Below are positions 1-20,694 of a DNA stretch of 64,000 bases, piece after piece. A program made the position numbers and the translations under genes. The first letter of the stretch is position 1; each line of letters begins with the position of its first letter. The stretch is taken from the NCBI GenBank assembly GCA_964016885.1, contig OZ024742.1, forward strand, positions 228,098,001-228,162,000, given 5' to 3'. This stretch comes from Eledone cirrhosa. Lineage: Eukaryota. The notes beneath the pieces are model-generated. The model made no database searches, was not told where the DNA came from, and saw only the letters and a list, made by a program, of their open reading frames with translations.

Positions 1-1201
<1,201 letters not shown>

Positions 1202-1219
<18 letters not shown>

Positions 1220-2105
1220 CTCTCGCTGGAGTTATATCTCTATCTCCCTCCCTCACTCTGTCCCTCTCTAACCTCTACTCTACACATCCCACTGTCCCTC
1301 TTTCTCCCCTCACAGCGAAATGGACTGCATGCAGGAAAAATGGGGAAAATGTGAAATCAGGATTCAGCGAACTGGTCGAAGATTGAACTAGCGGTTTTGA
1401 TCAAGGGGTGGACTATGGCTGATGGGTCTCCACCAAGCAGAAAGATGGCGGAGAACCTGAAGAGCCATGGGTTTATGAGGACCCTGGTACAGATAGAGAG
1501 AAAGAGAAAAGAAATTGAGAAGGCGTATGTCCTCATAGCGCCTCATATGGCGATGCTAAGCCGTGTCCTCAGGGAGGAGAAAACCGAAGGGAGGGATGAG
1601 GAGAAGGAGAGGGAAGAAGAGGAAAAGGAAAGGGAAAAAGAAAAGGAGGAGAGCACAAGCACGGACCTGAAAGAAAATGATATACCCTCCGCTACAGGCA
1701 GGGAGGGCAGGCCGGGCAACCAACAAGCTAAGGGCAAAGGTGAAAAGCGAAATCACCTTCCGAAGGAGAACCAAGCGCAGAGGGACCAGTGGACAACTGT
1801 TCAAAGAAAGAACAGAAAGCACCGAGACACTGGGAGCAAAAAACCCCAAGTAATGTGCAAGTTTTTCAAGAACGGGACATGCTGGCATGGAGAGACAGGG
1901 ATGGGATGCAGATTTAGGTCTCAAACGAACTATGCCCATCATACTCGCGCAACATGCCCCAGCCAAAGCCGAAATAAGCCGCTCCAGAAGTATGCTGATG
2001 TCGCGCGTGCTGCACCAACAAGGAGAAGGCACGCACATGCCGACGAGATACAGATGGCAGCAGCAGATCAGAAAAATTTTTTAGTGATGGCAGAGAAGAT
2101 TGTGG
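1202..2105 (+). mobile_element. CR1-group LINE copy 1, 5' part (oligo-T, 5'UTR, most of ORF1), cut by the assembly gap
   Basis: Near-identical to 14845-~15766; starts with T18 then CTCTCGCTGGAG. A 9-nt deletion (GCRF-RSQ vs [10 protein letters not shown]) removes the His of the ORF1 CCCH finger. Confidence 0.93.
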
Positions 2106-2305
2106 NNNNNNNNNNNNNNNNNNNNNNNNNNNNNNNNNNNNNNNNNNNNNNNNNNNNNNNNNNNNNNNNNNNNNNNNNNNNNNNNNNNNNNNNNNNNNNN
2201 NNNNNNNNNNNNNNNNNNNNNNNNNNNNNNNNNNNNNNNNNNNNNNNNNNNNNNNNNNNNNNNNNNNNNNNNNNNNNNNNNNNNNNNNNNNNNNNNNNNN
2301 NNNNN
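2106..2305. other. Assembly gap (N run)
   Basis: Run of 200 N. Confidence 0.99.
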
Positions 2306-5241
<2,936 letters not shown>

Positions 5242-5394
5242 ATAAATGCTCTGAAATAGCGATATATATGAGAATATAGACATAGAATATTCGAAAATAT
5301 TCTGTATGTTTATAATAAACATTTTGAAGACCTAATCGCTATAGAATAGAATACGTCACGTATTACAATTAGATTCTCGATAAAAGCAAGGGAA

Positions 5395-5437
5395 GTAATC
5401 TACGCGTTTCATTCTTGTTAGAAATCATCAGGACTAC
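5395..5437 (-). ncRNA. Minimal type I hammerhead ribozyme (4 copies on -: 5395, 5704, 6013, 6323)
   Basis: Reverse complement of the motif at 6716-6758. Confidence 0.85.
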
Positions 5438-6715
5438 ATATCCAGTGCTTTTATCGAGAATGACACAGCTAGAGACTTATAGAATACTTAGCTGTGTACA
5501 GGAACTGGTTTGAAGAGCGGTTGCCGGTCCGGCAGAAATTAGAAATTGGAATAAATGCTCTGAAATAGCGATATATATGAGAATATAGACATAGAATATT
5601 CGAAAATATTCTGTATGTTTATAATAAACATTTTGAAGACCTAATCGCTATAGAATAGAATACGTCACGTATTACAATTAGATTCTCGATAAAAGCAAGG
5701 GAAGTAATCTACGCGTTTCATTCTTGTTAGAAATCATCAGGACTACATATCCAGTGCTTTTATCGAGAATGACACAGCTAGAGACTTATAGAATACTTAG
5801 CTGTGTACAGGAACTGGTTTGAAAGAGCGGTTGCCGGTCCGGCAGAAATTAGAAATTGGAATAAATGCTCTGAATAGCGATATATATGAGAATATAGACA
5901 TAGAATATTCGAAAATATTCTGTATGTTTATAATAAACATTTTGAAGACCTAATCGCTATAGAATAGAATACGTCACGTATTACAATTAGATTCTCGATA
6001 AAAGCAAGGGAAGTAATCTACGCGTTTCATTCTTGTTAGAAATCATCAGGACTACATATCCAGTGCTTTTATCGAGAATGACACAGCTAGAGACTTATAG
6101 AATACTTAGCTGTGTACAGGAACTGGTTTGAAAGAGCGGTTGCCGGTCCGGCAGAAATTAGAAATTGGAATAAATGCTCTGAAATAGCGATATATATGAG
6201 AATATAGACATAGAATATTCGAAAATATTCTGTATGTTTATAATAAACATTTTGAAGACCTAATCGCTATAGAATAGAATACGTCACGTATTACAATTAG
6301 ATTCTCGATAAAAGCAAGGGAAGTAATCTACGCGTTTCATTCTTGTTAGAAATCATCAGGACTACATATCCAGTGCTTTTATCGAGAATGACACAGCTAG
6401 AGACTTATAGAATACTTAGCTGTGTACAGGAACTGGTTTGAAAGAGCGGTTGCCGGTCCGGCAGAAATTAGAAATTGGAATAAATGCTCTGAAATAGCGA
6501 TATATATGAGAATATAGACATAGAATATTCGAAAATATTCTGTATGTTTATAATAAACATTTTGAAGACCTACATATATATCGCTATTTCAGAGCATTTA
6601 TTCCAATTTCTAATTTCTGCCGGACCGGCAACCGCTCTTTCAAACCAGTTCCTGTACACAGCTAAGTATTCTATAAGTCTCTAGCTGTGTCATTCTCGAT
6701 AAAAGCACTGGATAT

Positions 6716-6758
6716 GTAGTCCTGATGATTTCTAACAAGAATGAAACGCGTAGATTAC
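6716..6758 (+). ncRNA. Minimal type I hammerhead ribozyme (8 copies on +, every 310 nt up to 8886-8928)
   Basis: GUAGUC-CUGAUGA-U-UUCU(AACA)AGAA-U-GAAA-CGCG-UA^-GAUUAC: intact core, stem I GUAGUC/GAUUAC, stem II UUCU/AGAA, palindromic short stem III. Stem I is extended by a 16-bp helix ATTCTCGATAAAAGCA/TGCTTTTATCGAGAAT. Confidence 0.85.
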
Positions 6759-9053
6759 TTCCCTTGCTTTTATCGAGAATCTAATTGTAATACGTGACGT
6801 ATTCTATTCTATAGCGATTAGGTCTTCAAAATGTTTATTATAAACATACAGAATATTTTCGAATATTCTATGTCTATATTCTCATATATATCGCTATTTC
6901 AGAGCATTTATTCCAATTTCTAATTTCTGCCGGACCGGCAACCGCTCTTTCAAACCAGTTCCTGTACACAGCTAAGTATTCTATAAGTCTCTAGCTGTGT
7001 CATTCTCGATAAAAGCACTGGATATGTAGTCCTGATGATTTCTAACAAGAATGAAACGCGTAGATTACTTCCCTTGCTTTTATCGAGAATCTAATTGTAA
7101 TACGTGACGTATTCTATTCTATAGCGATTAGGTCTTCAAAATGTTTATTATAAACATACAGAATATTTTCGAATATTCTATGTCTATATTCTCATATATA
7201 TCGCTATTTCAGAGCATTTATTCCAATTTCTAATTTCTGCCGGACCGGCAACCGCTCTTTCAAACCAGTTCCTGTACACAGCTAAGTATTCTATAAGTCT
7301 CTAGCTGTGTCATTCTCGATAAAAGCACTGGATATGTAGTCCTGATGATTTCTAACAAGAATGAAACGCGTAGATTACTTCCCTTGCTTTTATCGAGAAT
7401 CTAATTGTAATACGTGACGTATTCTATTCTATAGCGATTAGGTCTTCAAAATGTTTATTATAAACATACAGAATATTTTCGAATATTCTATGTCTATATT
7501 CTCATATATATCGCTATTTCAGAGCATTTATTCCAATTTCTAATTTCTGCCGGACCGGCAACCGCTCTTTCAAACCAGTTCCTGTACACAGCTAAGTATT
7601 CTATAAGTCTCTAGCTGTGTCATTCTCGATAAAAGCACTGGATATGTAGTCCTGATGATTTCTAACAAGAATGAAACGCGTAGATTACTTCCCTTGCTTT
7701 TATCGAGAATCTAATTGTAATACGTGACGTATTCTATTCTATAGCGATTAGGTCTTCAAAATGTTTATTATAAACATACAGAATATTTTCGAATATTCTA
7801 TGTCTATATTCTCATATATATCGCTATTTCAGAGCATTTATTCCAATTTCTAATTTCTGCCGGACCGGCAACCGCTCTTTCAAACCAGTTCCTGTACACA
7901 GCTAAGTATTCTATAAGTCTCTAGCTGTGTCATTCTCGATAAAAGCACTGGATATGTAGTCCTGATGATTTCTAACAAGAATGAAACGCGTAGATTACTT
8001 CCCTTGCTTTTATCGAGAATCTAATTGTAATACGTGACGTATTCTATTCTATAGCGATTAGGTCTTCAAAATGTTTATTATAAACATACAGAATATTTTC
8101 GAATATTCTATGTCTATATTCTCATATATATCGCTATTTCAGAGCATTTATTCCAATTTCTAATTTCTGCCGGACCGGCAACCGCTCTTTCAAACCAGTT
8201 CCTGTACACAGCTAAGTATTCTATAAGTCTCTAGCTGTGTCATTCTCGATAAAAGCACTGGATATGTAGTCCTGATGATTTCTAACAAGAATGAAACGCG
8301 TAGATTACTTCCCTTGCTTTTATCGAGAATCTAATTGTAATACGTGACGTATTCTATTCTATAGCGATTAGGTCTTCAAAATGTTTATTATAAACATACA
8401 GAATATTTTCGAATATTCTATGTCTATATTCTCATATATATCGCTATTTCAGAGCATTTATTCCAATTTCTAATTTCTGCCGGACCGGCAACCGCTCTTT
8501 CAAACCAGTTCCTGTACACAGCTAAGTATTCTATAAGTCTCTAGCTGTGTCATTCTCGATAAAAGCACTGGATATGTAGTCCTGATGATTTCTAACAAGA
8601 ATGAAACGCGTAGATTACTTCCCTTGCTTTTATCGAGAATCTAATTGTAATACGTGACGTATTCTATTCTATAGCGATTAGGTCTTCAAAATGTTTATTA
8701 TAAACATACAGAATATTTTCGAATATTCTATGTCTATATTCTCATATATATCGCTATTTCAGAGCATTTATTCCAATTTCTAATTTCTGCCGGACCGGCA
8801 ACCGCTCTTTCAAACCAGTTCCTGTACACAGCTAAGTATTCTATAAGTCTCTAGCTGTGTCATTCTCGATAAAAGCACTGGATATGTAGTCCTGATGATT
8901 TCTAACAAGAATGAAACGCGTAGATTACTTCCCTTGCTTTTATCGAGAATCTAATTGTAATACGTGACGTATTCTATTCTATAGCGATTAGGTCTTCAAA
9001 ATGTTTATTATAAACATACAGAATATTTTCGAATATTCTATGTCTATATTTTC

Positions 9054-11063
<2,010 letters not shown>

Positions 11064-13940
11064 ACGGATATACAGAGCAACCCCCACTCATGGTGGGGTT
11101 GCTCTGTATATCCGTGAAGATGTCACACCAATTGTTCTGTTGACACATTCAAACTCAGTCTGTGACACACTGATAATACATATGAAGCAACTACAGACGG
11201 TAATATGTGTCACATATCGGCCGCCCGATGCCCTCAGTCATGAGGGTAAATTTGAGGATAGCCTAAGTAGGATAGAAGAGGTCCTTGACAAACTGGACCA
11301 GGGTCTCAACATCCTACTGCTGGGAGACTTCAACCTACCAAAGGTCAAATGGCCTGAGGGCCACCTCCTCCCTGGAATGACGTCAATAGAACAGAGACAG
11401 ACGGAATCCCTGCTGGCCCTCACACACAGGCTGTTCATGGAGCAAGCAATACTCCTCCCAACAAGAGGCGAAAATGTCCTGGACCTCTGTTTTACAAACA
11501 ACGAAGTGCTCATCCACAATGTAAAGGTGACACCAACAATTCTCTCGGATCATAACTTGGTAGAGCTAATGATATGTGGTCCAAGAGAACCAACAGAGAC
11601 AAAACCACCAAGAAGCTCCGGGACGCTATCCAGCCTTAACTTCTACGGGGCTGACTGGAAGAAGATTAAGAGTGAAATCCGGAAGCAAACATGGAGTGCA
11701 AACATCGCCACACAAGACACTAACACACAATTTCAACACTTCATGACAACGATACACACCATATGCAAAAAGTGTGTCCCGGAGAAAGAGGCAAACAGAC
11801 ACAAAAATCTTATTCCCAGAGATAGGAAAATCCTTATGAGACGTAGAACTAAACTCTCAAACCAGTTGAATAGTCAACAAAACCAAAACAAGAAGGAATC
11901 CTATTTGAAACGTGCACTACTTGACACCGAGATTGCACTCAAGCTTTCACATGAGAATGAGAGGGCAAGGAAAGAGAACAGGGCCATAGAAAACATTAAA
12001 ACAAACCCTAAGGCCTTCTTTAAATTTGCAAAAGAAACTGCCTCAGTACACTGCAAGATTGGACCACTCTTCCACACGGACGGTTCATTAACCGAAAATC
12101 CCCAAGAGATATGTGAAATACTGAATGAACAGTACAAAAGTGTCTTCACATGTCCACTGAGGCACATGCAAATAACGAAGCCAGAGGAGTTCTTTGATGC
12201 CACAACACTACATCAAGAAATGGCAACCATCAACCACATAGACATAACGGAGGAGGATGTGGTGTACGCCATTGATGAAATTAGAACAGACTCGGCTGCT
12301 GGACCTGATGGATTCCCAGCAGTTCTCCTAAAAATATGTAAGCGGGCCTTAGCAACTCCACTGAAGATGCTCTTCAGAAGCTCCTTGGCTAGCGGTGTAC
12401 TACCCAGGGAGCTGAAAGAAGGCACAATATGCCCTATCCATAAAGGAGGTTAGTAGAGCGGAGGCCAAGAACTATAGGCCAGTCTCCCTGACGTCGCATA
12501 TCAGTAAGGTCATGGAGCGAGTCGTCAGAAAGAAACTAATCACTTTCCTCGAAGAAAATGACCGCCTGACTAGCACGCAACATGGCTTCCGCCCAGGAAG
12601 AAGCTGCCTTACACAGCTGCTACATCACTACGACTGGGTACTGAGACAGCTACTAGACAGCTCACATGTAGACGTGATATATCTTGACTTTGCGAAGGCC
12701 TTTGACAAGGTCGACCACGGAATGATATGTCACAAACTACACGGACTCGGCATAACTGGAAAAGTAGGTGAGTGGCTGCATGGCTTCCTGAGGGACAGAA
12801 GCCAGGCAGTCGCAGCAAATGGGGCTCTCTCGAGGGAAACACCGATAACAAGTGGGGTGCCTCAGGGACAGTCCTGGGACCACTACTGTTTTTGGTGGCT
12901 CTCTCGGACATGCCCTCTGTGGTGCATGCAACAACATCCCTCACTAGCTATGCTGATGACACTAAGGTAGCACAGGCAATCAAAAACCCGGCTGACACTG
13001 CCCTCTTACAGCAGGATCTGGATGCCATATACAGATGGGCGGAAGAAAACAACATGCAGTTTAATGCTGGCAAATTCCAAGCCCTACAATACAAACCTGC
13101 AAACACAAACACAAATATAGCGGAACACAGCTACACAGGACCAGGAGGGACCGATATCCCCGTGTCAAAATCGATACGAGACCTGGGCATAGACATGAGC
13201 GATGATGCATCTTTTTCTTCACACATCATGAAGGTGGCGACAGCATGTAGACGATTCGCTGGCTGGATCTTGAGGACTTTCCTTACAAGAGATCGAGACA
13301 CCATGTTGACACTGTGGAGGACTTTTGTCCTAAGCCGCCTGGACTACTGCTCCCAGCTGTGGTCACCCCATAGTGTCAAACTAAACACAGAGCTTGAGGC
13401 AATCCAGCGAAGCTACACCAAGAGGATTGCCAAGATGAGGGAGACAAGCTACTGGGAGAGGCTGAAGGAACTGAACCTCTACTCCTTGGAGCGAAGACGG
13501 GAGAGATACGCAGTGATCTACATGTGGAAAATCCTGGAGGGACTAGCACCAAACTTTGGCATTGGGAGCTGGACCAACCGTCGAACAGGACGTCACTGTG
13601 TGGTGCCAAAGGTCCCGTCTTCCACATCTAGAATAAGGAGCAGGTATTGCAATAGCCTGGGATTCAAGGGCCCTCAACTCTTCAACAGGCTGCCGAGGCA
13701 TCTGCGAGACTTGCATGACCGTGGAGGTGGATGTCTTTAAGAAACATCTCGACACCTTGTTATCCAGGATCCCGGATGAGCCCACAGCAAGACACGAGGG
13801 AAACCTAAGGGCAGCAGCAACAAACTCCCTCCTACACCAGTGGCCAACCTATACAGGCTGGAGATAAAGTGTGTAGCAGCAAGGGCGGTGCCCCAGCATG
13901 GCCTCAGCCGGATGGCTGAAACAGGTAAAAGAGTAAAAGA
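11064..13940 (+). mobile_element. CR1-group LINE copy 2, 5'-truncated inside the APE endonuclease, with a short 5' inversion and frameshifts
   Basis: Near-identical to ~16108-18962. ORF2 is broken by single-nt indels at ~12450, ~12868 and ~13720. Motifs [23 protein letters not shown] and YADD; 3' tail AAAAGAGTAAAAGAG. Confidence 0.94.
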
Positions 13941-14862
<922 letters not shown>

Positions 14863-14968
14863 TTTTTCTCTCGCTGGAGTTATATCTCTATCTCCCTCCC
14901 TCACTCTGTCCCTCTCTAACCTCTACTCTACACCTCCCACTGTCCCTCTTTCTCCCCTCCACAGCGAA

Positions 14969-15928
14969 ATGGACTGCATGCAGGAAAAATGGGAAAAATG
15001 TGAAATCAGGAGTCAGCGAAACTGGTCGAAGATTGAACTAGCGGTTTTGATCAAGGGGTGGACTATGGCTGATGGGTCTCTACCAAGCAGAAAGATGGCG
15101 GAGAACCTGAAGAGCCATGGGTTTATGAGGACCCTGGTACAGATAGAGAGAAAGAGAAAAGAAATTGAGAAGGCGTATGTCCTCATAGCGCCTCATATGG
15201 CGATGCTAAGCCGTGTCCTCAGGGAGGAGAAAACCGAAGGGAGGGATGAGGAGAAGGAGAGGGAAAAGGAAGAGGAAAAGGAAAGGGAAAAAGAAAAGGA
15301 GGAGAGCACAAGCACGGACCTGAAAGAAAATGATATACCCTCCGCTACAGGCAGGGAGGGCAGGCCGGGCAACCAACAAGCTAAGGGCAAAGGTGAAAAG
15401 CGAAATCACCTTCCGAAGGAGAACCAAGCGCAGAGGGACCAGTGGACAACTGTTCAAAGAAAGAACAGAAAGCACCGAGACACTGGGAGCAAAAAACACC
15501 AAGTAATGTGCAAGTTTTTCAAGAACGGGACATGCTGGCATGGAGAGACAGGGATGGGATGCAGATTCGCCCACCCTAGGTCTCAAACGAACTATGCCCA
15601 TCATACTCGCGCAACATGCCCCAGCCAAAGCCGAAATAAGCCGCTCCAGAAGTATGCTGATGTCGCGCGTGCTGCACCAACAAGGAGAAGGCACGCACAT
15701 GCCGACGAGATACAGATGGCAGCAGCAGATCAGAAACATTTTTTAGTGATGGCAGAGAAGATTGTGGGACAGCTGACCTGGCTGCATCGTCTCCAGAGCC
15801 AGGGTCATCCACACCAGCACTCGAGACCACCGCAGTTAAGGGACCCAGAGTGGCCGCCGCTGACACCAGACCAGGTGTCATACCGACAGCCATTACTGGC
15901 ACCCCAAAAGTCACACCAGTGCTGCTGA
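14969..15928 (+). CDS. LINE ORF1 protein: E/K-rich coiled region plus CCCH zinc finger
   Basis: 319 aa; [22 protein letters not shown] (C-x7-C-x8-C-x3-H); lies upstream of ORF2. Confidence 0.85.
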   Translation: MDCMQEKWEKCEIRSQRNWSKIELAVLIKGWTMADGSLPSRKMAENLKSHGFMRTLVQIERKRKEIEKAYVLIAPHMAMLSRVLREEKTEGRDEEKEREKEEEKEREKEKEESTSTDLKENDIPSATGREGRPGNQQAKGKGEKRNHLPKENQAQRDQWTTVQRKNRKHRDTGSKKHQVMCKFFKNGTCWHGETGMGCRFAHPRSQTNYAHHTRATCPSQSRNKPLQKYADVARAAPTRRRHAHADEIQMAAADQKHFLVMAEKIVGQLTWLHRLQSQGHPHQHSRPPQLRDPEWPPLTPDQVSYRQPLLAPQKSHQCC

Positions 15929-18888
15929 ATGTCAGGGGCCTGGTGAAACTCAGCAACATGAGTAAAATTTCCTACCTGGGAGACTTAGCCATAAGCAATC
16001 AAACACTATGCATGGCACTAACCGAAACGCACCTGACAAGCAGTATAGCAGATGCAGAAATACATATACCGAAATATACTGTATTTCGTTCGGACAGGAA
16101 GGAGAGAACTCATGGTGGGGTTGCTCTGTATATCCGTGAAGGTGTCACACCAATTGTACTGTTGACACATTCAAACTCAGTCTGTGACACACTGATAATA
16201 CAAATGAAGCAACTACAGACGGTAATATGTGTCACATATCGGCCGTCCGATGCCCCCATTCATGAGGGTAAATTTGAGGATAGCCTAAGTAGGATAGAAG
16301 AGGTCCTTGACAAACTGGACCAGGGTCTCAACATCCTACTGCTGGGAGACTTCAACCTACCAAAGGTCAAATGGCCTGAGGGCCACCTCCTCCCTGGAAT
16401 GACGTCAATAGAACAGAGACAGACGGAATCCCTGCTGGCCCTCACACACAGGCTGTTCATGGAGCAAGCAATACTCCTCCCAACAAGAGGCGAAAATGTC
16501 CTGGACCTCTGTTTTACAAACAACGAAGTGCTCATCCACAATGTAAAGGTGACACCAACAATTCTCTCGGATCATAACTTGGTAGAGCTAATGATATGTG
16601 GTCCAAGAGAACCAACAGAGACAAAACCACCAAGAAGCTCCGGGACGCTATCCAGCCTTAACTTCTACGGGGCTGACTGGAAGAAGATTAAGAGTGAAAT
16701 CCGGAAGCAAACATGGAGTGCAAACATCGCCACACAAGACACTAACACACAATTTCAACACTTCATGACAACGATACACACCATATGCAAAAAGTGTGTC
16801 CCGGAGAAAGAGGCAAACAGACACAAAAATCTTATTCCCAGAGATAGGAAAATCCTTATGAGACGTAGAACTAAACTCTCAAACCAGTTGAATAGTCAAC
16901 AAAACCAAAACAAGAAGGAATCCTATTTGAAACGTGCACTACTTGACACCGAGATTGCACTCAAGCTTTCACATGAGAATGAGAGGGCAAGGAAAGAGAA
17001 CAGGGCCATAGAAAACATTAAAACAAACCCTAAGGCCTTCTTTAAATTTGCAAAAGAAACTGCCTCAGTACACTGCAAGATTGGACCACTCTTCCACACG
17101 GACGGTTCATTAACCGAAAATCCCCAAGAGATATGTGAAATACTGAACGAACAGTACAAAAGTGTCTTCACATGTCCACTGAGGCACAGGCAAATAACGA
17201 AGCCAGAGGAGTTCTTTGATGCCACAACACTACATCAAGAAATGGCAACCATCAACCACATAGACATAACGGAGGAGGATGTGGTGTACGCCATTGATGA
17301 AATTAGAACAGACTCGGCTGCTGGACCTGATGGATTCCCAGCAGTTCTCCTAAAAATATGTAAGCGGGCCTTAGCAACTCCACTGAAGATGCTCTTCAGA
17401 AGCTCCTTGGCTAGCGGTGTACTACCCAGGGAGCTGAAAGAAGGCACAATATGCCCTATCCATAAAGGAGGTAGTAGAGCGGAGGCCAAGAACTATAGGC
17501 TAGTCTCCCTGACGTCGCATATCAGTAAGGTCATGGAGCGAGTCGTCAGAAAGAAACTAATCACTTTCCTCGAAGAAAATGACCGCCTGACTAGCACGCA
17601 ACATGGCTTCCGCCCAGGAAGAAGCTGCCTTACACAGCTGCTACATCACTACGACTGGGTACTGAGACAGCTACTAGACAGCTCACATGTAGACGTGATA
17701 TATCTTGACTTTGCGAAGGCCTTTGACAAGGTCGACCACGGAATGATATGTCACAAACTACACGGACTCGGCATAACTGGAAAAGTAGGTGAGTGGCTGC
17801 ATGGCTTCCTGAGGGACAGAAGCCAGGCAGTCGCAGCAAATGGGGCCCTCTCGAGGGAAACACCGATAACAAGTGGGGTGCCTCAGGGGACAGTCCTGGG
17901 ACCACTACTGTTTTTGGTGGCTCTCTCGGACATGCCCTCTGTGGTGCATGCAACAACATCCCTCACTAGCTATGCTGATGACACTAAGGTAGCACAGGCA
18001 ATCAAAAACCCGGCTGACGCTGCCCTCTTACAGCAGGATCTGGATGCCATATACAGATGGGCGGAAGAAAACAACATGCAGTTTAATGCTGGCAAATTCC
18101 AAGCCCTACAATACAAACCTGCAAACACAAACACAAATATAGCGGAACACAGCTACACAGGACCAGGAGGGACCGATATCCCCGTGTCAAAATCGATACG
18201 AGACCTGGGCATAGACATGAGCGATGATGCATCTTTTTCTTCACACATCATGAAGGTGGCGACAGCATGTAGACGATTCGCTGGCTGGATCTTGAGGACT
18301 TTCCTTACAAGAGATCGAGACACCATGTTGACACTGTGGAGGACTTTTGTCCTAAGCCGCCTGGACTACTGCTCCCAGCTGTGGTCACCCCATAGTGTCA
18401 AACTAACCACAGAGCTTGAGGCAATCCAGCGAAGCTACACCAAGAGGATTGCCAAGATGAGGGAGACAAGCTACTGGGAGAGGCTGAAGGAACTGAACCT
18501 CTACTCCTTGGAGCGAAGACGGGAGAGATACGCAGTGATCTACATGTGGAAAATCCTGGAGAGACTAGCACCAAACTTTGGCATTGGGAGCTGGACCAAC
18601 CGTCGAACAGGACGTCACTGTGTGGTGCCAAAGGTCCCGTCTTCCACATCTAGAATAAGGAGCAGGTATTGCAATAGCCTGGGATTCAAGGGCCCTCAAC
18701 TCTTCAACAGGCTGCCGAGGCATCTGCGAGACTTGCATGACGTGGAGGTGGATGTCTTTAAGAAACATCTCGACACCTTGTTATCCAGGATCCCGGATGA
18801 GCCCACAGCAAGACACGGGGGAAACCTAAGGGCAGCAGCAACAAACTCCCTCCTACACCAGTGGCCAACCTATACGGGCTGGAGATAA
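15850..18888 (+). CDS. LINE ORF2: apurinic-like endonuclease plus reverse transcriptase
   Basis: 1012 aa open frame: NVRGL, LTETHL, GGVALY, YRP, GDFNLP, LDL, SDHN (APE); [37 protein letters not shown] (RT); CR1-like C-terminus YCSQLWSP...YWERL...LYSLERRR. Start codon uncertain. Confidence 0.95.
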   Translation: MAAADTRPGVIPTAITGTPKVTPVLLNVRGLVKLSNMSKISYLGDLAISNQTLCMALTETHLTSSIADAEIHIPKYTVFRSDRKERTHGGVALYIREGVTPIVLLTHSNSVCDTLIIQMKQLQTVICVTYRPSDAPIHEGKFEDSLSRIEEVLDKLDQGLNILLLGDFNLPKVKWPEGHLLPGMTSIEQRQTESLLALTHRLFMEQAILLPTRGENVLDLCFTNNEVLIHNVKVTPTILSDHNLVELMICGPREPTETKPPRSSGTLSSLNFYGADWKKIKSEIRKQTWSANIATQDTNTQFQHFMTTIHTICKKCVPEKEANRHKNLIPRDRKILMRRRTKLSNQLNSQQNQNKKESYLKRALLDTEIALKLSHENERARKENRAIENIKTNPKAFFKFAKETASVHCKIGPLFHTDGSLTENPQEICEILNEQYKSVFTCPLRHRQITKPEEFFDATTLHQEMATINHIDITEEDVVYAIDEIRTDSAAGPDGFPAVLLKICKRALATPLKMLFRSSLASGVLPRELKEGTICPIHKGGSRAEAKNYRLVSLTSHISKVMERVVRKKLITFLEENDRLTSTQHGFRPGRSCLTQLLHHYDWVLRQLLDSSHVDVIYLDFAKAFDKVDHGMICHKLHGLGITGKVGEWLHGFLRDRSQAVAANGALSRETPITSGVPQGTVLGPLLFLVALSDMPSVVHATTSLTSYADDTKVAQAIKNPADAALLQQDLDAIYRWAEENNMQFNAGKFQALQYKPANTNTNIAEHSYTGPGGTDIPVSKSIRDLGIDMSDDASFSSHIMKVATACRRFAGWILRTFLTRDRDTMLTLWRTFVLSRLDYCSQLWSPHSVKLTTELEAIQRSYTKRIAKMRETSYWERLKELNLYSLERRRERYAVIYMWKILERLAPNFGIGSWTNRRTGRHCVVPKVPSSTSRIRSRYCNSLGFKGPQLFNRLPRHLRDLHDVEVDVFKKHLDTLLSRIPDEPTARHGGNLRAAATNSLLHQWPTYTGWR

Positions 18889-18962
18889 AATGTGTAGCAA
18901 CAAGGGCGGTGCCCCAGCATGGCCTCAGCCGGATGGCTGAAACAGGTAAAAGAGTAAAAGAG

Positions 18963-20473
<1,511 letters not shown>

Positions 20474-20694
20474 GGATTAACAAATAATAGTTAAATGCAG
20501 TCCACTTAGGTGAAGTCCAGTTATGGTATTCCAGGTAGTGGATGATATTAACGATTGGCTTGGTTTGACTCAACAAGGCGTTTTCCTAGTGATTCTGCGG
20601 GTATGCTGTAATTCCTATGTTGTAAACACTTGGAGTAATAATAAGTCAGGAAAGAAGGTTTACATGGTTTGCTATACAAAAAAGTTTTTAATCA

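Larger units (their letters stand above)
14845..18962 (+). mobile_element. Full-length CR1-group non-LTR retrotransposon (copy 3), about 4.1 kb
   Basis: 5' T23, pyrimidine-rich UTR, ORF1, ORF2 (APE+RT), short 3'UTR with hairpin TCAGCC-GGAT-GGCTGA and a tandem TAAAAGAG tail; TA repeats on both sides. Confidence 0.95.

Noticed and set aside
12440-13740. Programmed frameshifts in LINE copy 2 ORF2
   Set aside because: Copy 3 is uninterrupted at these sites; single-nt indels are better explained by mutation or consensus error.
15193-18768. Antisense ORFs within the LINE copies
   Set aside because: Short shadows of the sense ORFs with no recognisable domains.
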